Assembly (NCBI GenBank): GCA_963666835.2
Contig: CAXXGO010000001.1
Coordinates: forward strand, 2,048,001-2,112,000
Length of the DNA: 64,000 nucleotides
Reading direction: 5' to 3'
Source: Phycisphaerae bacterium
GTDB taxonomy: Bacteria > Planctomycetota > Phycisphaerae > UBA1845
Shown: in pieces, positions 28,051 to 37,499 of the stretch
Layout of the letters: every line of letters begins with the position of its first letter
How positions within the stretch are numbered: position 1 is the first letter of the stretch
Notes under the pieces: generated by a model
Told to the model about the DNA's origin: nothing
Databases searched by the model: none
Seen by the model: the letters and a program-made list of their open reading frames with translations, nothing else
Position numbers and translations under genes: made by a program

Positions 28051-29124
28051 CTATTGGAGGATTGGCTTACGCCATCTAAACGCAACCGTCCCAGCCGTCA
28101 GCACGAGCAGGACCATCGCGAGCATGCCCCAGGAAGAGAGCGCGGGGACCGGAAGGGGCTCCACTTTGGCGACACGGAAACCGAAATCGTAGTTCCCGAG
28201 CTCCAACCCCGCGCTGTAGGAACGTGCCACCGATTGCATGTAGTGGGATATGCTGGGCCACGCACCGCCACGAAAACCGCGATATTCAAACGGCAATGAC
28301 TCCGGAAACTTCGATTCGTTCCATTCCATGATGTTCCCGCCCTGGTCAAATGTGCCATAGGGGCTTGTGGCGATCTCGTAACAGCCGACGTCACTCCTCC
28401 GGGGCTCCCCGCACACAAGATCATAATTCGCTGCGTTGGAATCATCCGCGGAACAACAGATGTAAGCAGGCAAGCTGTCGCTGCTCGTCGGGTAGTCCCA
28501 GTAGTCACCCGTGGCACCGTTGTTCTTGTGGTACGCTGCCTTGTACCACTCGTCTTCGGAGGGGATAACCCATGTCGCGTCTCCCTCTCGCCTTTCGATT
28601 GCATACAGCTCTGCGTCAGTCAGCGCACCGTGGAGTGCGTACGAGCCGTCCTCGGTGGAGTTCTGGTCCTGCGGCACCGGTGTGCCGAGGCCCGGCTGGC
28701 CGTTGTGGAGCCAGTTGGCAAAACGGGCCGCGTCACCCCACCCGATGTAGTCCACCGGGAGGTTCTCCCGACCGGCAACCACGGTGTAGGTATATGGGGG
28801 GGATGCGGTACGTTCGATTGATGCCCGCGGCGGGGTCGCCATCCCTTCGTTATACAAGTCGTACGTGTCATCATTGACCGCTACGGCGTTGAGGAACTCG
28901 GCATACTGCCCGACAGTCACCTCGAACTTACCGATCTCGAATACGTAGTCCACAGCCCCGCAGATGCGGTCTGGGCCGGAACCGCCCGGCTGACTCTCGC
29001 CAGACCACTTCCCGGCGTTTCCCGGGTTACCCACAACCACCGTCTCGATGACTACCTCAGCATGAACGGTCGATGCACAGAGCACGATCAGTAACAACGC
29101 CAGAACAATCTTGATTCGTGCCAT
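28051..29124 (-). CDS. secreted FGE-sulfatase/SUMF1-fold protein with IPTL-CTERM-like sorting signal
   Basis: Signal peptide; VGNPGN, IGKFEVT..QYAEFLN, PSEDEWYKAAY, SPYGTFDQGGN.MEW, RGGAW, FGFRVA. C-terminus VPALSSWGMLAMVLLVLTAGTVAFRWRK. Confidence 0.88.
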   Translation of the reverse strand: MARIKIVLALLLIVLCASTVHAEVVIETVVVGNPGNAGKWSGESQPGGSGPDRICGAVDYVFEIGKFEVTVGQYAEFLNAVAVNDDTYDLYNEGMATPPRASIERTASPPYTYTVVAGRENLPVDYIGWGDAARFANWLHNGQPGLGTPVPQDQNSTEDGSYALHGALTDAELYAIERREGDATWVIPSEDEWYKAAYHKNNGATGDYWDYPTSSDSLPAYICCSADDSNAANYDLVCGEPRRSDVGCYEIATSPYGTFDQGGNIMEWNESKFPESLPFEYRGFRGGAWPSISHYMQSVARSYSAGLELGNYDFGFRVAKVEPLPVPALSSWGMLAMVLLVLTAGTVAFRWRKPILQ

Positions 29125-29145
29125 CCCTCTATCCTCCGATATCTG

Positions 29146-29694
29146 CTACCCCTGAGCTGCAACCACCCCACGCTTCGACCGCCCAAACACGACACCGCCG
29201 ACAGCCGCGAGACCCACGAGCATTACCACGATGCCGAGATCGGAGATTGCGGGGACAGAGGCGGAAGGTGTGTCCCTGCCGATCTCAGTGAGCCACGTCG
29301 TGAACGTGATTCCACCAAAAGTCACGCCATCATCGCCAGGCTCGATCGGTACCCAATCGCCAGACAGATCTCCGCTGACGTCGATCCAATACTGTGATGG
29401 TGGTGACAAATGCCCGTAGATACCAGGCCGACCGGCAATGGTCACGCGACGATGATTGGTTTCACCATGCGAGGGCATCATTTCGTCACGAACCGCGAAC
29501 GAGTCTTGTCCAGGCGACATCGCGGCCCAGCAGATCCTCGCGGGAGTATCTACCCCAGCAAAACACGAACCCAGGCCCACCAAGGTCGATTGCGATGCAG
29601 TTCCACTCAGTTCAACCACCTGCTCAGCCTTCGCCTCCTCGCAAGCAAGAAACGCGGCGACAATCACCGCAGCAACAGAACCGATACGCAACAT
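29146..29694 (-). CDS. secreted protein with IPTL-CTERM-like sorting signal
   Basis: Signal peptide (..AKA|EQ). C-terminus VPAISDLGIVVMLVGLAAVGGVVFGRSKR. GGAGG RBS. Confidence 0.72.
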   Translation of the reverse strand: MLRIGSVAAVIVAAFLACEEAKAEQVVELSGTASQSTLVGLGSCFAGVDTPARICWAAMSPGQDSFAVRDEMMPSHGETNHRRVTIAGRPGIYGHLSPPSQYWIDVSGDLSGDWVPIEPGDDGVTFGGITFTTWLTEIGRDTPSASVPAISDLGIVVMLVGLAAVGGVVFGRSKRGVVAAQG

Positions 29695-29856
29695 CGCAGA
29701 CCCTCCCAAACATGAGACCCGCGCAACCGGCAGGACGACGAAGCCCCTCCGAGGCCGCGCGATAGATGAGCACGTCATAATACCGGACGGAGACATCGGG
29801 TTCAAGGGTTATTCAGTACTACTGTAGCTGACTTGGGGTGTGGTTAGAAAGGCAAG

Positions 29857-29892
29857 CCCCAGAAGGCGGGGGAGTGATCCCGCCCACTGGGG
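29857..29892 (-). terminator. GC-rich hairpin, terminator-like
   Basis: CCCCAG..GGCGGG-loop-CCCGCC..CTGGGG followed on the minus strand by TTGCCTTTCT. Confidence 0.45.
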
Positions 29893-29913
29893 CAAGGCAA
29901 GGTCCCGTGTGTG

Positions 29914-30120
29914 TCATCTACCGACGCATTGCATTCCGTCGGGTATCCACTTCCATTTCGTGGTTCCGCCGTCATCCCGGTTGATCGCCAGGACCTCCCC
30001 ATCACCGTTGGGGTCATCCTCAATCTGGGCAGCCCCCATCTCGATCATCGCGCAGAAGTACGGGCGAAACTTCTTCGGCGTAGTGCGTAGGAACTGGTCG
30101 GCTGGTGGTGTAGTGGCCAT
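29914..30120 (-). CDS. small hypothetical protein (element)
   Basis: AAGGA RBS, MATTPPADQFLRTTPKKFRPYF..., 25 nt after the RHH gene. Confidence 0.55.
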   Translation of the reverse strand: MATTPPADQFLRTTPKKFRPYFCAMIEMGAAQIEDDPNGDGEVLAINRDDGGTTKWKWIPDGMQCVGR

Positions 30121-30145
30121 GGATTCCTTTCCGTCCAAGAGGACA

Positions 30146-30625
30146 TCAGTCAGATGACGCCTCGATATCCGGCATCGCCTCGTTGAGCCTGTCAACCGCG
30201 CCATGGGCGAACCCCTCGATCCAGTCATCAAAGAACATGCCCTTCTGGGCCTCCTCATAGCCATCCCACCATCGGTCCTCAATTATGTCGCGGATAGACT
30301 TCCAGTCGTAGCTTCCGCCGGCCCCATCCCCTTCGATGACCTCCTTGAAGATGACCAAGTCATCCCAATCGGCGTTATTGGTCGCCCAGTCAATGCCCTG
30401 CAGTCGCCCCTCTTGCTTAGTCTCCTCACGAGTGTCCTGACTCTGCTCCTGTAACCGCGCAACCATGGTCATCTGTCCATCTCCAGAAAGTGCCTTCTCT
30501 TTCGCACGCAACGCACGAAACAACGCCTCTTGGCAGATGCGGGACACCGTGTCGCTCAAGTGTTCCCGGTACTCCTCCAAGAGCTTCTCTAGGTCCTCAG
30601 GTATCGAAATCGCTAATCTTGGCAT
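30146..30625 (-). CDS. ribbon-helix-helix (CopG/CcdA-like) regulator
   Basis: MPRLAISIPEDLEKLL...TVSRICQEAL RHH pattern; GGAG RBS. Confidence 0.7.
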   Translation of the reverse strand: MPRLAISIPEDLEKLLEEYREHLSDTVSRICQEALFRALRAKEKALSGDGQMTMVARLQEQSQDTREETKQEGRLQGIDWATNNADWDDLVIFKEVIEGDGAGGSYDWKSIRDIIEDRWWDGYEEAQKGMFFDDWIEGFAHGAVDRLNEAMPDIEASSD

Positions 30626-30650
30626 CTGGCAATCTCCGTTTAAGCCATCT

Positions 30651-30701
30651 ACTACACAACTCTACACCGCCAATGGCCAGTCGTCAAATGGATTGTGTAG
30701 T
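30651..30701 (-). promoter_or_regulatory. sigma70 promoter bracketed by an operator inverted repeat
   Basis: TTGACG-N17-TAGAGT (30687-30659), flanked by ACTACACAA (30651) / TTGTGTAGT (30693). Confidence 0.65.
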
Positions 30702-31670
30702 TTTTTCTCGTCGACACGCCCGATGCCCACTTCGTGAGCCGCGTTGCGCATTGGGTATCGGGGTCGGGATATTTTCGGGGATGAGGGGTGCTTGTCGAGC
30801 AAGAGCGGTTTGGTGAAAAGTTGGGGTGGACCCTTACTCCCCCATCTTCATGCTTTAAAAAGTGTAGGGACCCATCGACGCCCCCGGGGTACCTCTGACG
30901 ATCCGCCGACTCGACCCCATCAGCAAACCCTAGCGGGCAAGCACGTAACTGAGGTGCTCTTCAACCCCTTGATGAAACCCTGTTATAGCAGCCTTAAACG
31001 GGGGTACGTCCTATAACGCTGATTCTGTTGCATTCGATCGCCCTCGTGGAGCCGTGAAGGCCGTTAAATAGACTAGTGCTGACATTCGTTACACTTACCC
31101 GCAAGTTTATCGAGGGTATATGGACCCTGCGTGAGCCATCATCGGGTAAGCCGCTAGGCTGGTGTTAAGCTGGGTACTCTCATCGATCTGTGCCAGGTGC
31201 GAACAGCGTAGAGGGTACCTGAGCCCACCCCCAACCGGGATGAGCCCAGACGCCGCAGGCCCAACGAAGAGCCCAACCGGACAGCCTAGGGTAGGTTGAT
31301 TCAGCGTCCGGCACGTAGGTATCATCGACTCCGGGTAGGCTCGGTCTCTACGGTGGTGTTGAGTGCTTGTAGGCCGTAGGGCTCATAAGCGTGAGCATCG
31401 GCCGCCGGAAGGATCGCAGAGCGTCTCGATGGGCGTCTCGAACCGGAGTCGTGGGTGTTAGTGTTATGTTAGGGGGTTTGCGTGTGGCGATATGCGCCCT
31501 CCACCCCCCATCACTGCCTTGAATCACACTTCCCCCCTAATGCCCGACTCTTTCTGTAGGCTATTAGCTCCAAGTCATGTCCGTCAGTTCGCCGATCCGG
31601 CACCGAAGACAGTACCAAGGCTCTATCCCTAGGGTTTACCCTTGCTCCTCCCTCGATTAGTGGCGGGAGA

Positions 31671-31955
31671 GTGGTGGCAGTGGTAGCAGAGTGGTAGCAC
31701 CATCACGGCTGCTGCCACGCATCAAAACATATATATATATGCGCCAAGTCGCATTAGTGGTGGCAGTGGTAGCAGATTTCCCTTACTCAGCGAAGAAGAT
31801 AGAATCGATTTGGGCAAACCGATATCGGTAACGACAGGGAGTTTGCCGGATCTGCTGCCACTGCTGCCACGAATTCACGAAAACACTACTATAGTAGGAC
31901 AAAACGCGTGGTGGCAGATTCGACGCTGCTACCACTTGCCGTCACCTGCCATCAC
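31671..31955. other. putative replication origin of the element (iterons plus AT core)
   Basis: About 10 copies of GTGGYRGCA in both orientations (e.g. 31671, 31680, 31691, 31757, 31766, 31908 forward; 31710, 31853, 31862, 31927 reverse) around (AT)6 at 31729-31740. Confidence 0.75.
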
Positions 31956-32184
31956 ACCTTCCGATGTCTTCCTGTGATTTCCCACGTTTTCCCAAGACTT
32001 CCCACGATTTCCATACTGACCTATGGGCTCTTTGCCATCGCGGCAACTTTCCTTTATGACTGAGGTATAAGAATGACGAAGCATTAGTTGGGCAGGCGAG
32101 TAGCTCTCGCCGTAGTCGTGAGCTGGTGGAGTAACGCTCTTTCCTCCACTAGCTTGCGACTGCTCGACATAGAAGGAGCGAATA

Positions 32185-33204
32185 ATGGCGAAACGCAAAC
32201 CGAAGAAGACCGCCAAGCCGATCCGGGTCGACGTTGCCCCCCGTGATGTGCTCCGGATGTACTGTGAGCAGTTCCCGGATGCGCTCACCCGATACCAACA
32301 AGGCAAGCGATCAAACGACACCGCTCTCGATTCGCTCCGGGGCTGGCTGGATATACAACAACGTGTCGGCGGGGCAGATGACCACGTAGCCGAGTTCCGG
32401 CGCCGGTTTGAGCTTACCCAGGCGGGATACGTCCGCGCGGTCGAGTGGCTGACGACTATAATTACGACGATCGGGGAGCTCGGCGCGGAGCTCAACCTAT
32501 CCACAGACACGAAACCGGTGTACGTGCTGTTGTATGCTTTGCCGGGCGAGACGTCGGAGCACGTGACAGCGGCAGAGGGAACGGTACGCGGCTTATTGGC
32601 TGATCTCTCGGTGATAGCATCGAAGGGGAAATCCGCGGATGGTGAAGAGGGTATGACAGGCTCGGATACGGTCGAATCCAAGCAGCAGGGGGCGGTGAAC
32701 ATCCCCGATAAGGTGCAGGCCAAACCGAAAGATACGAGAACGAAAGAACAACGACTCGACGATATCAAGAGCTACATAGCCGGTCAAAAAGCTATCGAGA
32801 AGGTGGTGGGAATCGAGGACATCGCCGCTGGTGCGAATTGTAGTACGGGGTTCGTTTCACAGTCGGCACCGTGGCAAGAATACAAGGAGTCCAAGAAGGT
32901 AAGACAGAGTAAATCTGTGTGGACAACCAATTTGCTCGATCCCAATCGTGTCAATGCAGACGGAGACACCGCCCGCAGGCAGAAGCTCGGTCACGAGGCG
33001 AATGTGAACGACACCGACATGTTGATGGACATCGAGACGATTCGGGAGAAGTACCCGACATTATCTCCGCAAGAAGTCGCCCGAAAGGTCAGCGAGCTTG
33101 GCGATGAATATGAATGCACCGCCGGACATGTCGAGGCGTTCGACAATAGCCAGCGGATGAAATTCCTAACCGCCGAAACCGCTCAGCCTGTAGCCTGCTC
33201 GTGA
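32185..33204 (+). CDS. hypothetical protein with probable HTH (element regulator)
   Basis: AAGGAG RBS; IEDIAAGANCSTGFVSQS and LSPQEVARKV HTH-like segments. Confidence 0.65.
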   Translation: MAKRKPKKTAKPIRVDVAPRDVLRMYCEQFPDALTRYQQGKRSNDTALDSLRGWLDIQQRVGGADDHVAEFRRRFELTQAGYVRAVEWLTTIITTIGELGAELNLSTDTKPVYVLLYALPGETSEHVTAAEGTVRGLLADLSVIASKGKSADGEEGMTGSDTVESKQQGAVNIPDKVQAKPKDTRTKEQRLDDIKSYIAGQKAIEKVVGIEDIAAGANCSTGFVSQSAPWQEYKESKKVRQSKSVWTTNLLDPNRVNADGDTARRQKLGHEANVNDTDMLMDIETIREKYPTLSPQEVARKVSELGDEYECTAGHVEAFDNSQRMKFLTAETAQPVACS

Positions 33205-33341
33205 AATTTCATGAACTTTCACGCACACAATCCAGCCCCCAAAACGGCCATAACGACCCCGTAAAGGCCGTTCACATCTAACAACTCGTGAACACCGGGA
33301 TAGGTGAAAGCAATGTCGCTTTCCTAAACCTGGAGATTCAC
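33201..33341. promoter_or_regulatory. GTGAA/TTCAC operator-like repeats upstream of the replication operon
   Basis: Near-perfect palindrome GTGAAATTTCATGAACTTTCAC (33201-33222), plus further TTCAC/GTGAA half-sites up to the next start codon. Confidence 0.5.
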
Positions 33342-33342
33342 G

Positions 33343-33684
33343 ATGCAGAACGACGCAACGGACACACCGCCCCGGCTACTGACCACGGGGGAGATCGCCA
33401 AGCGGCTCGGCCAACGGGTTGACCGTATCGCCCGCATTCTGAGGACGAGACCACACATTCAGCCATCGGCAATGGCTGGCAACTCTCGGCTGTACGATCA
33501 TGAGTCCTACATCCTGATCTGCCGCGAGATCGCAACCATCGACGCACGGAAGACCGAGCGGAAGAGATTCATCGACAAGCTGTGCAAGGCGGCAACTGGC
33601 CCCGACCGAGCCTCTCGGCGGTTGTATTCAGACAGTGATGTGGAATTGAAGAAGCGGATGGGGCAGGAAGGCGGTGCCTCGTGA
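33343..33684 (+). CDS. MerR/Xis-like HTH protein
   Basis: LLTTGEIAKRLG...PSAMAGNSRLYD; GGAG RBS. Confidence 0.7.
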   Translation: MQNDATDTPPRLLTTGEIAKRLGQRVDRIARILRTRPHIQPSAMAGNSRLYDHESYILICREIATIDARKTERKRFIDKLCKAATGPDRASRRLYSDSDVELKKRMGQEGGAS

Positions 33685-33914
33685 AAGATCCATCCACACT
33701 CACCAGAAAAGAGATGACGGCGGCGCGGAAGGCTATACGTGAGCAGTGCCAATTGCTGAACGAAGCGGTCCTTAACGCGATGCATTGGCACGCTATGCGG
33801 CCATGTGTTGTAAGAAGGTACCTGAAGTATCTGACGGCAATTGAAGAGGAGTTCGTACGGGCTAAACCCCGAAAGGGCCCGAGGCGGAAAGGCGGCGCGG
33901 TCAATGAAGGATAA
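33681..33914 (+). CDS. small hypothetical protein (element)
   Basis: GTGA coupling with the upstream gene; overlaps the next start. Confidence 0.55.
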   Translation: MKDPSTLTRKEMTAARKAIREQCQLLNEAVLNAMHWHAMRPCVVRRYLKYLTAIEEEFVRAKPRKGPRRKGGAVNEG

Positions 33915-34383
33915 ACCCGTCATCATGATCGACCAGCGCGAGAAACTCCCGTGGAAGTTCGATAGCCCGACCGAATCTGCGTTGTTGCAGACCGCCGACT
34001 ACTCGATTCGGGGATTAGAACACCGGATCGCGATTGAGCGGAAGAGCCTTGACGACCTGCTCGGGTGTGTGGGCAGGAACCGCGAGAGGTTCACCCGTGA
34101 GCTCGAACGCCTCCAAGGTATTCAATGCCGATGCGTGGTGGTCGAGTCTAGTCTTGAGGATATCCGAGCAGGCTCATGGCGCCCGCAGATTACGCCAGCC
34201 CAGACCGTGGGCAGTATCGCTAGCTGGATGGCCAAGTTCAATGTCTGCTTCTTTCTCGCCGGCAACCGCGACTTAGCCGCAAGGTTCGCTGAGAGGTTTT
34301 TGGTCAACGCTGCCCGGACGTTGGCTTCCGAGTACGAGGCGGCTGTCGAGTTCCTCGAGGTGGCAGGAGGGCGAGATGGGTAG
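33904..34383 (+). CDS. ERCC4-domain nuclease
   Basis: IDQREKLP, ADYSI, IAIERKSLDDL, VVVE. Confidence 0.85.
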   Translation: MKDKPVIMIDQREKLPWKFDSPTESALLQTADYSIRGLEHRIAIERKSLDDLLGCVGRNRERFTRELERLQGIQCRCVVVESSLEDIRAGSWRPQITPAQTVGSIASWMAKFNVCFFLAGNRDLAARFAERFLVNAARTLASEYEAAVEFLEVAGGRDG

Positions 34384-36838
34384 TAATCAATGGCGAGAAG
34401 TCACCAAGGCTGAACCCTGCCCGATCTGCTCTCACGGCGATTGGTGCGCATTCTCGACAGACGGTTCTGCCTGCCGATGTATGCGACTGGATGCGCCATC
34501 GGCCGGATGGAAGTTCCTTCGGACTGATTCTGACGGGGGTAGTACCTTTCGGCGTACCGACGCAACCCCGACTCCGGCACCCGCGAAGCCAGACAAGCCC
34601 CGCAAGCGGCACGAGACCTTTGAGGGCGCGGTCAAAGCACTAGCTTGGAACGTTGAACGCTGTCAGAAGGAAGCCGGAAAGCGTATCGGTGCGGAGTTCG
34701 TCGCGTACTACCCATACGAGCGTCTCGACGAATCCGACAACGCAGTCGAAGTGAACCGGGAAGTCAGGTTCCTCGATCCCTCTGGCAAGAAGGAAATGAG
34801 ATGGTGTCATCAGGGCTCTGACAATCGTTGGGTGACCAAACGCGGAGATCATCGCGGCATCTTCGGGCTCGGTAATGTGCTCGCAGCACCTTCGGACACC
34901 CCGATCCTGATCGTCGAGGGCGCCAAGGTTGCTGTCCTCGCCAAGGATCTCGACCTGCTTGCGGTCACGTCTGGAGGATGCACTTCGGCTAAGCTGGTCG
35001 ACTGGTCCCCCCTCAGTGGTCGTGACGTAGTTGTCCTGCCCGATGCCGGTGAAGACGGAGCGAAGTACGCGGATGCCATACAAAGGGCACTCGCGAAGCT
35101 GAACTCTCCACCATCGGTCAAGGTTATTCGCCTGCCCGGGTTGGAGGACAGCGAGGACCTAGAAGAGTACATCGCAAACCAGCGTACCGCAGGTCTATCC
35201 GACGATGCCATCAGAGAGAAGATCGTGACGATGATTGAAGATGCCCCCAAAGCGGAACCACCAGCACCGGAGCCGGAACCGAAGAAGAAGCGTGCCGGTC
35301 CACCCATTGATGAGCAACTACTTAAGATGGTGCTTGATCGTTATGACATCCGACGTTCGATGGATGATAAGACCTTCGCCACATTGAAAGACGGCAAATC
35401 GTGCATCGTGCAGATGGTCAACACCGATCGTCGTGGGATATGCGGGGTCATGCGCAGAATGTATACCGATCGCCACGAGTATGCCAATCTGGATCAGTCG
35501 GTATTGAACAAGGTTGTTGCCACATTGGATTCACGGGGCGACGATCTAGATCGAGAGACAATCCATCTTCGTGTTGCCGATTATGGTGAGAACACATCGT
35601 ACTATGATCCGGGCTGGCGTTCGGGGCAGGCTATACAAATCGGCCCTGACGGTTGGGATGTTGTAGAGCGTCCTCCCGTATGGTTTCGACGAGCCCAGCT
35701 AACGTATCCAATGCCTGAGCCTGTGCGCGGTGGAGATCTTGATCGCCTACGTGAGCTTATCAACGTGCAGACCGATGCAGAATGGACGATGCTATTGGGA
35801 TGGTTAGTTGCATGTACGTTCGAGGTTATTGACCACCCTATTTGCTTTCTTGGCGGTCGTGCCGCCTCTGGTAAATCAACTGTAATGCACTTGATCACGA
35901 GCGCGATCGATTACCTGGGCGACGAGGATCTTGCGCCTCCAGAAGACCCACGAAGCTGGGCTGCTCTCGCCGACAATAGCTGGGTGATGCAGGCTGACAA
36001 CATATCGCATATCGATGCCGCATGGAGCAATACGTTGTGCAGCGGGGTGACTGGAGCAAGGAAACCCGACCGAGAGTTGTATACGAATACGGGGCTAGTC
36101 GTCATCGGTATGCGACGATGCATCATCCTAACGAGCATTGATGTAGGCAAGGTGCGCAGCGACTTGGCCTCCCGCCTCATGAAGATCAATCTCAAGCGAA
36201 TCGATAAGCCTCGTAAACCGAGGGTGCTGCGCGAGGCATTCAAGAGCGCTCACGGGGAGATCTTCGGCGGATTGCTCGACTTGAGCGCAAAGGTGCGAGG
36301 ACGATTGCCAAACATAACGGATACGGGATCGTTTCGTTGTGTGGACTACGCGTACATTCTCAAGGCTATTGACCAGGAACTCGGTACAACCGGGTTTGAT
36401 GCGTATGCAGCCATGCAAGCAGATTGCACACGTGCGGTGGTTGAGGATGATGTGGTGGGTGAGATGGTGGTGAAACTCGTGAGAGAGAATGGCGGGCGCT
36501 GGAGCGGGAAGATGAGAGATCTTTTTCAGATGCTGGATGGTCGCGCCGGAACGCCGAAGACACCTGCAACGCTGGGTAAGGCGATAAACCACATGGAGAA
36601 TTCGTTGGAGGCTATGGGGATTAGGTTTAAGAGTCGGCCGACTAATGATGCAAGGGTGTGGACGTTCTATGAGTTCGCATCGGATGTGGCCTCCGGAGAC
36701 GATCCCAACGTGCGGAAGTTCGCACCTGCGCCCAGCACAGACGAAGACCCATTCCCTCTGAATCCACCACCACCATCCCCGATGGAAGCGGAGGAAGTAT
36801 ATGTAGACGAGCACGGTGAGGAGTGTGGGACCATATGA
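34376..36838 (+). CDS. primase-helicase (Zn finger + TOPRIM + P-loop NTPase)
   Basis: PCPICSHGDWC..C.C, ILIVEG, VVVLPD..EDG, DLEEY (TOPRIM), GRAASGKST Walker A, DNIS, ELYTN, IILTSI, DLASR. Confidence 0.85.
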   Translation: MGSNQWREVTKAEPCPICSHGDWCAFSTDGSACRCMRLDAPSAGWKFLRTDSDGGSTFRRTDATPTPAPAKPDKPRKRHETFEGAVKALAWNVERCQKEAGKRIGAEFVAYYPYERLDESDNAVEVNREVRFLDPSGKKEMRWCHQGSDNRWVTKRGDHRGIFGLGNVLAAPSDTPILIVEGAKVAVLAKDLDLLAVTSGGCTSAKLVDWSPLSGRDVVVLPDAGEDGAKYADAIQRALAKLNSPPSVKVIRLPGLEDSEDLEEYIANQRTAGLSDDAIREKIVTMIEDAPKAEPPAPEPEPKKKRAGPPIDEQLLKMVLDRYDIRRSMDDKTFATLKDGKSCIVQMVNTDRRGICGVMRRMYTDRHEYANLDQSVLNKVVATLDSRGDDLDRETIHLRVADYGENTSYYDPGWRSGQAIQIGPDGWDVVERPPVWFRRAQLTYPMPEPVRGGDLDRLRELINVQTDAEWTMLLGWLVACTFEVIDHPICFLGGRAASGKSTVMHLITSAIDYLGDEDLAPPEDPRSWAALADNSWVMQADNISHIDAAWSNTLCSGVTGARKPDRELYTNTGLVVIGMRRCIILTSIDVGKVRSDLASRLMKINLKRIDKPRKPRVLREAFKSAHGEIFGGLLDLSAKVRGRLPNITDTGSFRCVDYAYILKAIDQELGTTGFDAYAAMQADCTRAVVEDDVVGEMVVKLVRENGGRWSGKMRDLFQMLDGRAGTPKTPATLGKAINHMENSLEAMGIRFKSRPTNDARVWTFYEFASDVASGDDPNVRKFAPAPSTDEDPFPLNPPPPSPMEAEEVYVDEHGEECGTI

Positions 36839-37206
36839 CAGCAACAACACGACAGACATGCATGGTACTCGCAGAGCTTCGTCAGAAGGACATCGAGCTA
36901 TTCATCGGGGATGGGGAATTGCGGTACGTTCCTCGACAGGCAATGACAACGGAACTCCACGCGAGACTACAGGCCCATCGAGATGCCATTTTAACGGCAT
37001 TGTCTGACCCGTGCGATACGGCCTTGGCGATAGTCGACGATGTACTTGAGCGTGAGGGTTTTGACGCTGCTCTCGATCTTGGCGAGCACTTCGAGGAACG
37101 CGCAGCCGTGCGGGAGTTCGAGGGCGATGTCTCGCGAGAGCGGGCCGAATGCGGGGCGTTGCTGGATACTTGCTATCGGCTGAATGGTAGGGGGGTGGCA
37201 GAATGA
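36835..37206 (+). CDS. small primase-associated protein (TubC-N-like N-terminus, FEERAA motif)
   Basis: ATGA overlap with the primase gene; LAELRQKDIELFIGDGELRY...LQAHRDAILTAL; FEERAAVREFEGDVSRERAE. Confidence 0.7.
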   Translation: MTATTRQTCMVLAELRQKDIELFIGDGELRYVPRQAMTTELHARLQAHRDAILTALSDPCDTALAIVDDVLEREGFDAALDLGEHFEERAAVREFEGDVSRERAECGALLDTCYRLNGRGVAE

Positions 37207-37499
37207 GTGACGCGCCACTAACCGCGCAGCAGGTCGCCGAGTATCTTCAATGCTCCGTGCAGCACGTGCGCAAACTCTGCCAGTGTGGGGCGCTCAAGTG
37301 TTCCCGCCTGCCCTCGCCGATCTCCGGCAAGATTGGACCGAAGGCTGAGTACCGGATCAGACAATCGGCGGTTGAGGAGATGTTGGGCATTGAGCCTATC
37401 AGAAAGCCTCGACGAAAGACCCTTACTCCTGCTCAGCGACGCCGGGCGCGGTCGGAATTAGAGTTGGCAAAGTCTCTGCTGCGCGCTGGAGCTGGGTAG
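37203..37499 (+). CDS. excisionase-like HTH DNA-binding protein
   Basis: LTAQQVAEYLQCSVQHVRKLCQCGALK...YRIRQSAVEE; adjacent to the integrase. Confidence 0.8.
   Translation: MSDAPLTAQQVAEYLQCSVQHVRKLCQCGALKCSRLPSPISGKIGPKAEYRIRQSAVEEMLGIEPIRKPRRKTLTPAQRRRARSELELAKSLLRAGAG

Noticed and set aside
28051..29124. Diversity-generating retroelement target (FGE/CLec fold)
   Set aside because: No reverse transcriptase, and I found no template repeat resembling the gene's 3' end in the window.
29914..30625. Toxin-antitoxin pair (RHH plus small downstream ORF)
   Set aside because: The arrangement and autoregulated promoter are suggestive, but the small ORF shows no toxin motif I recognise.
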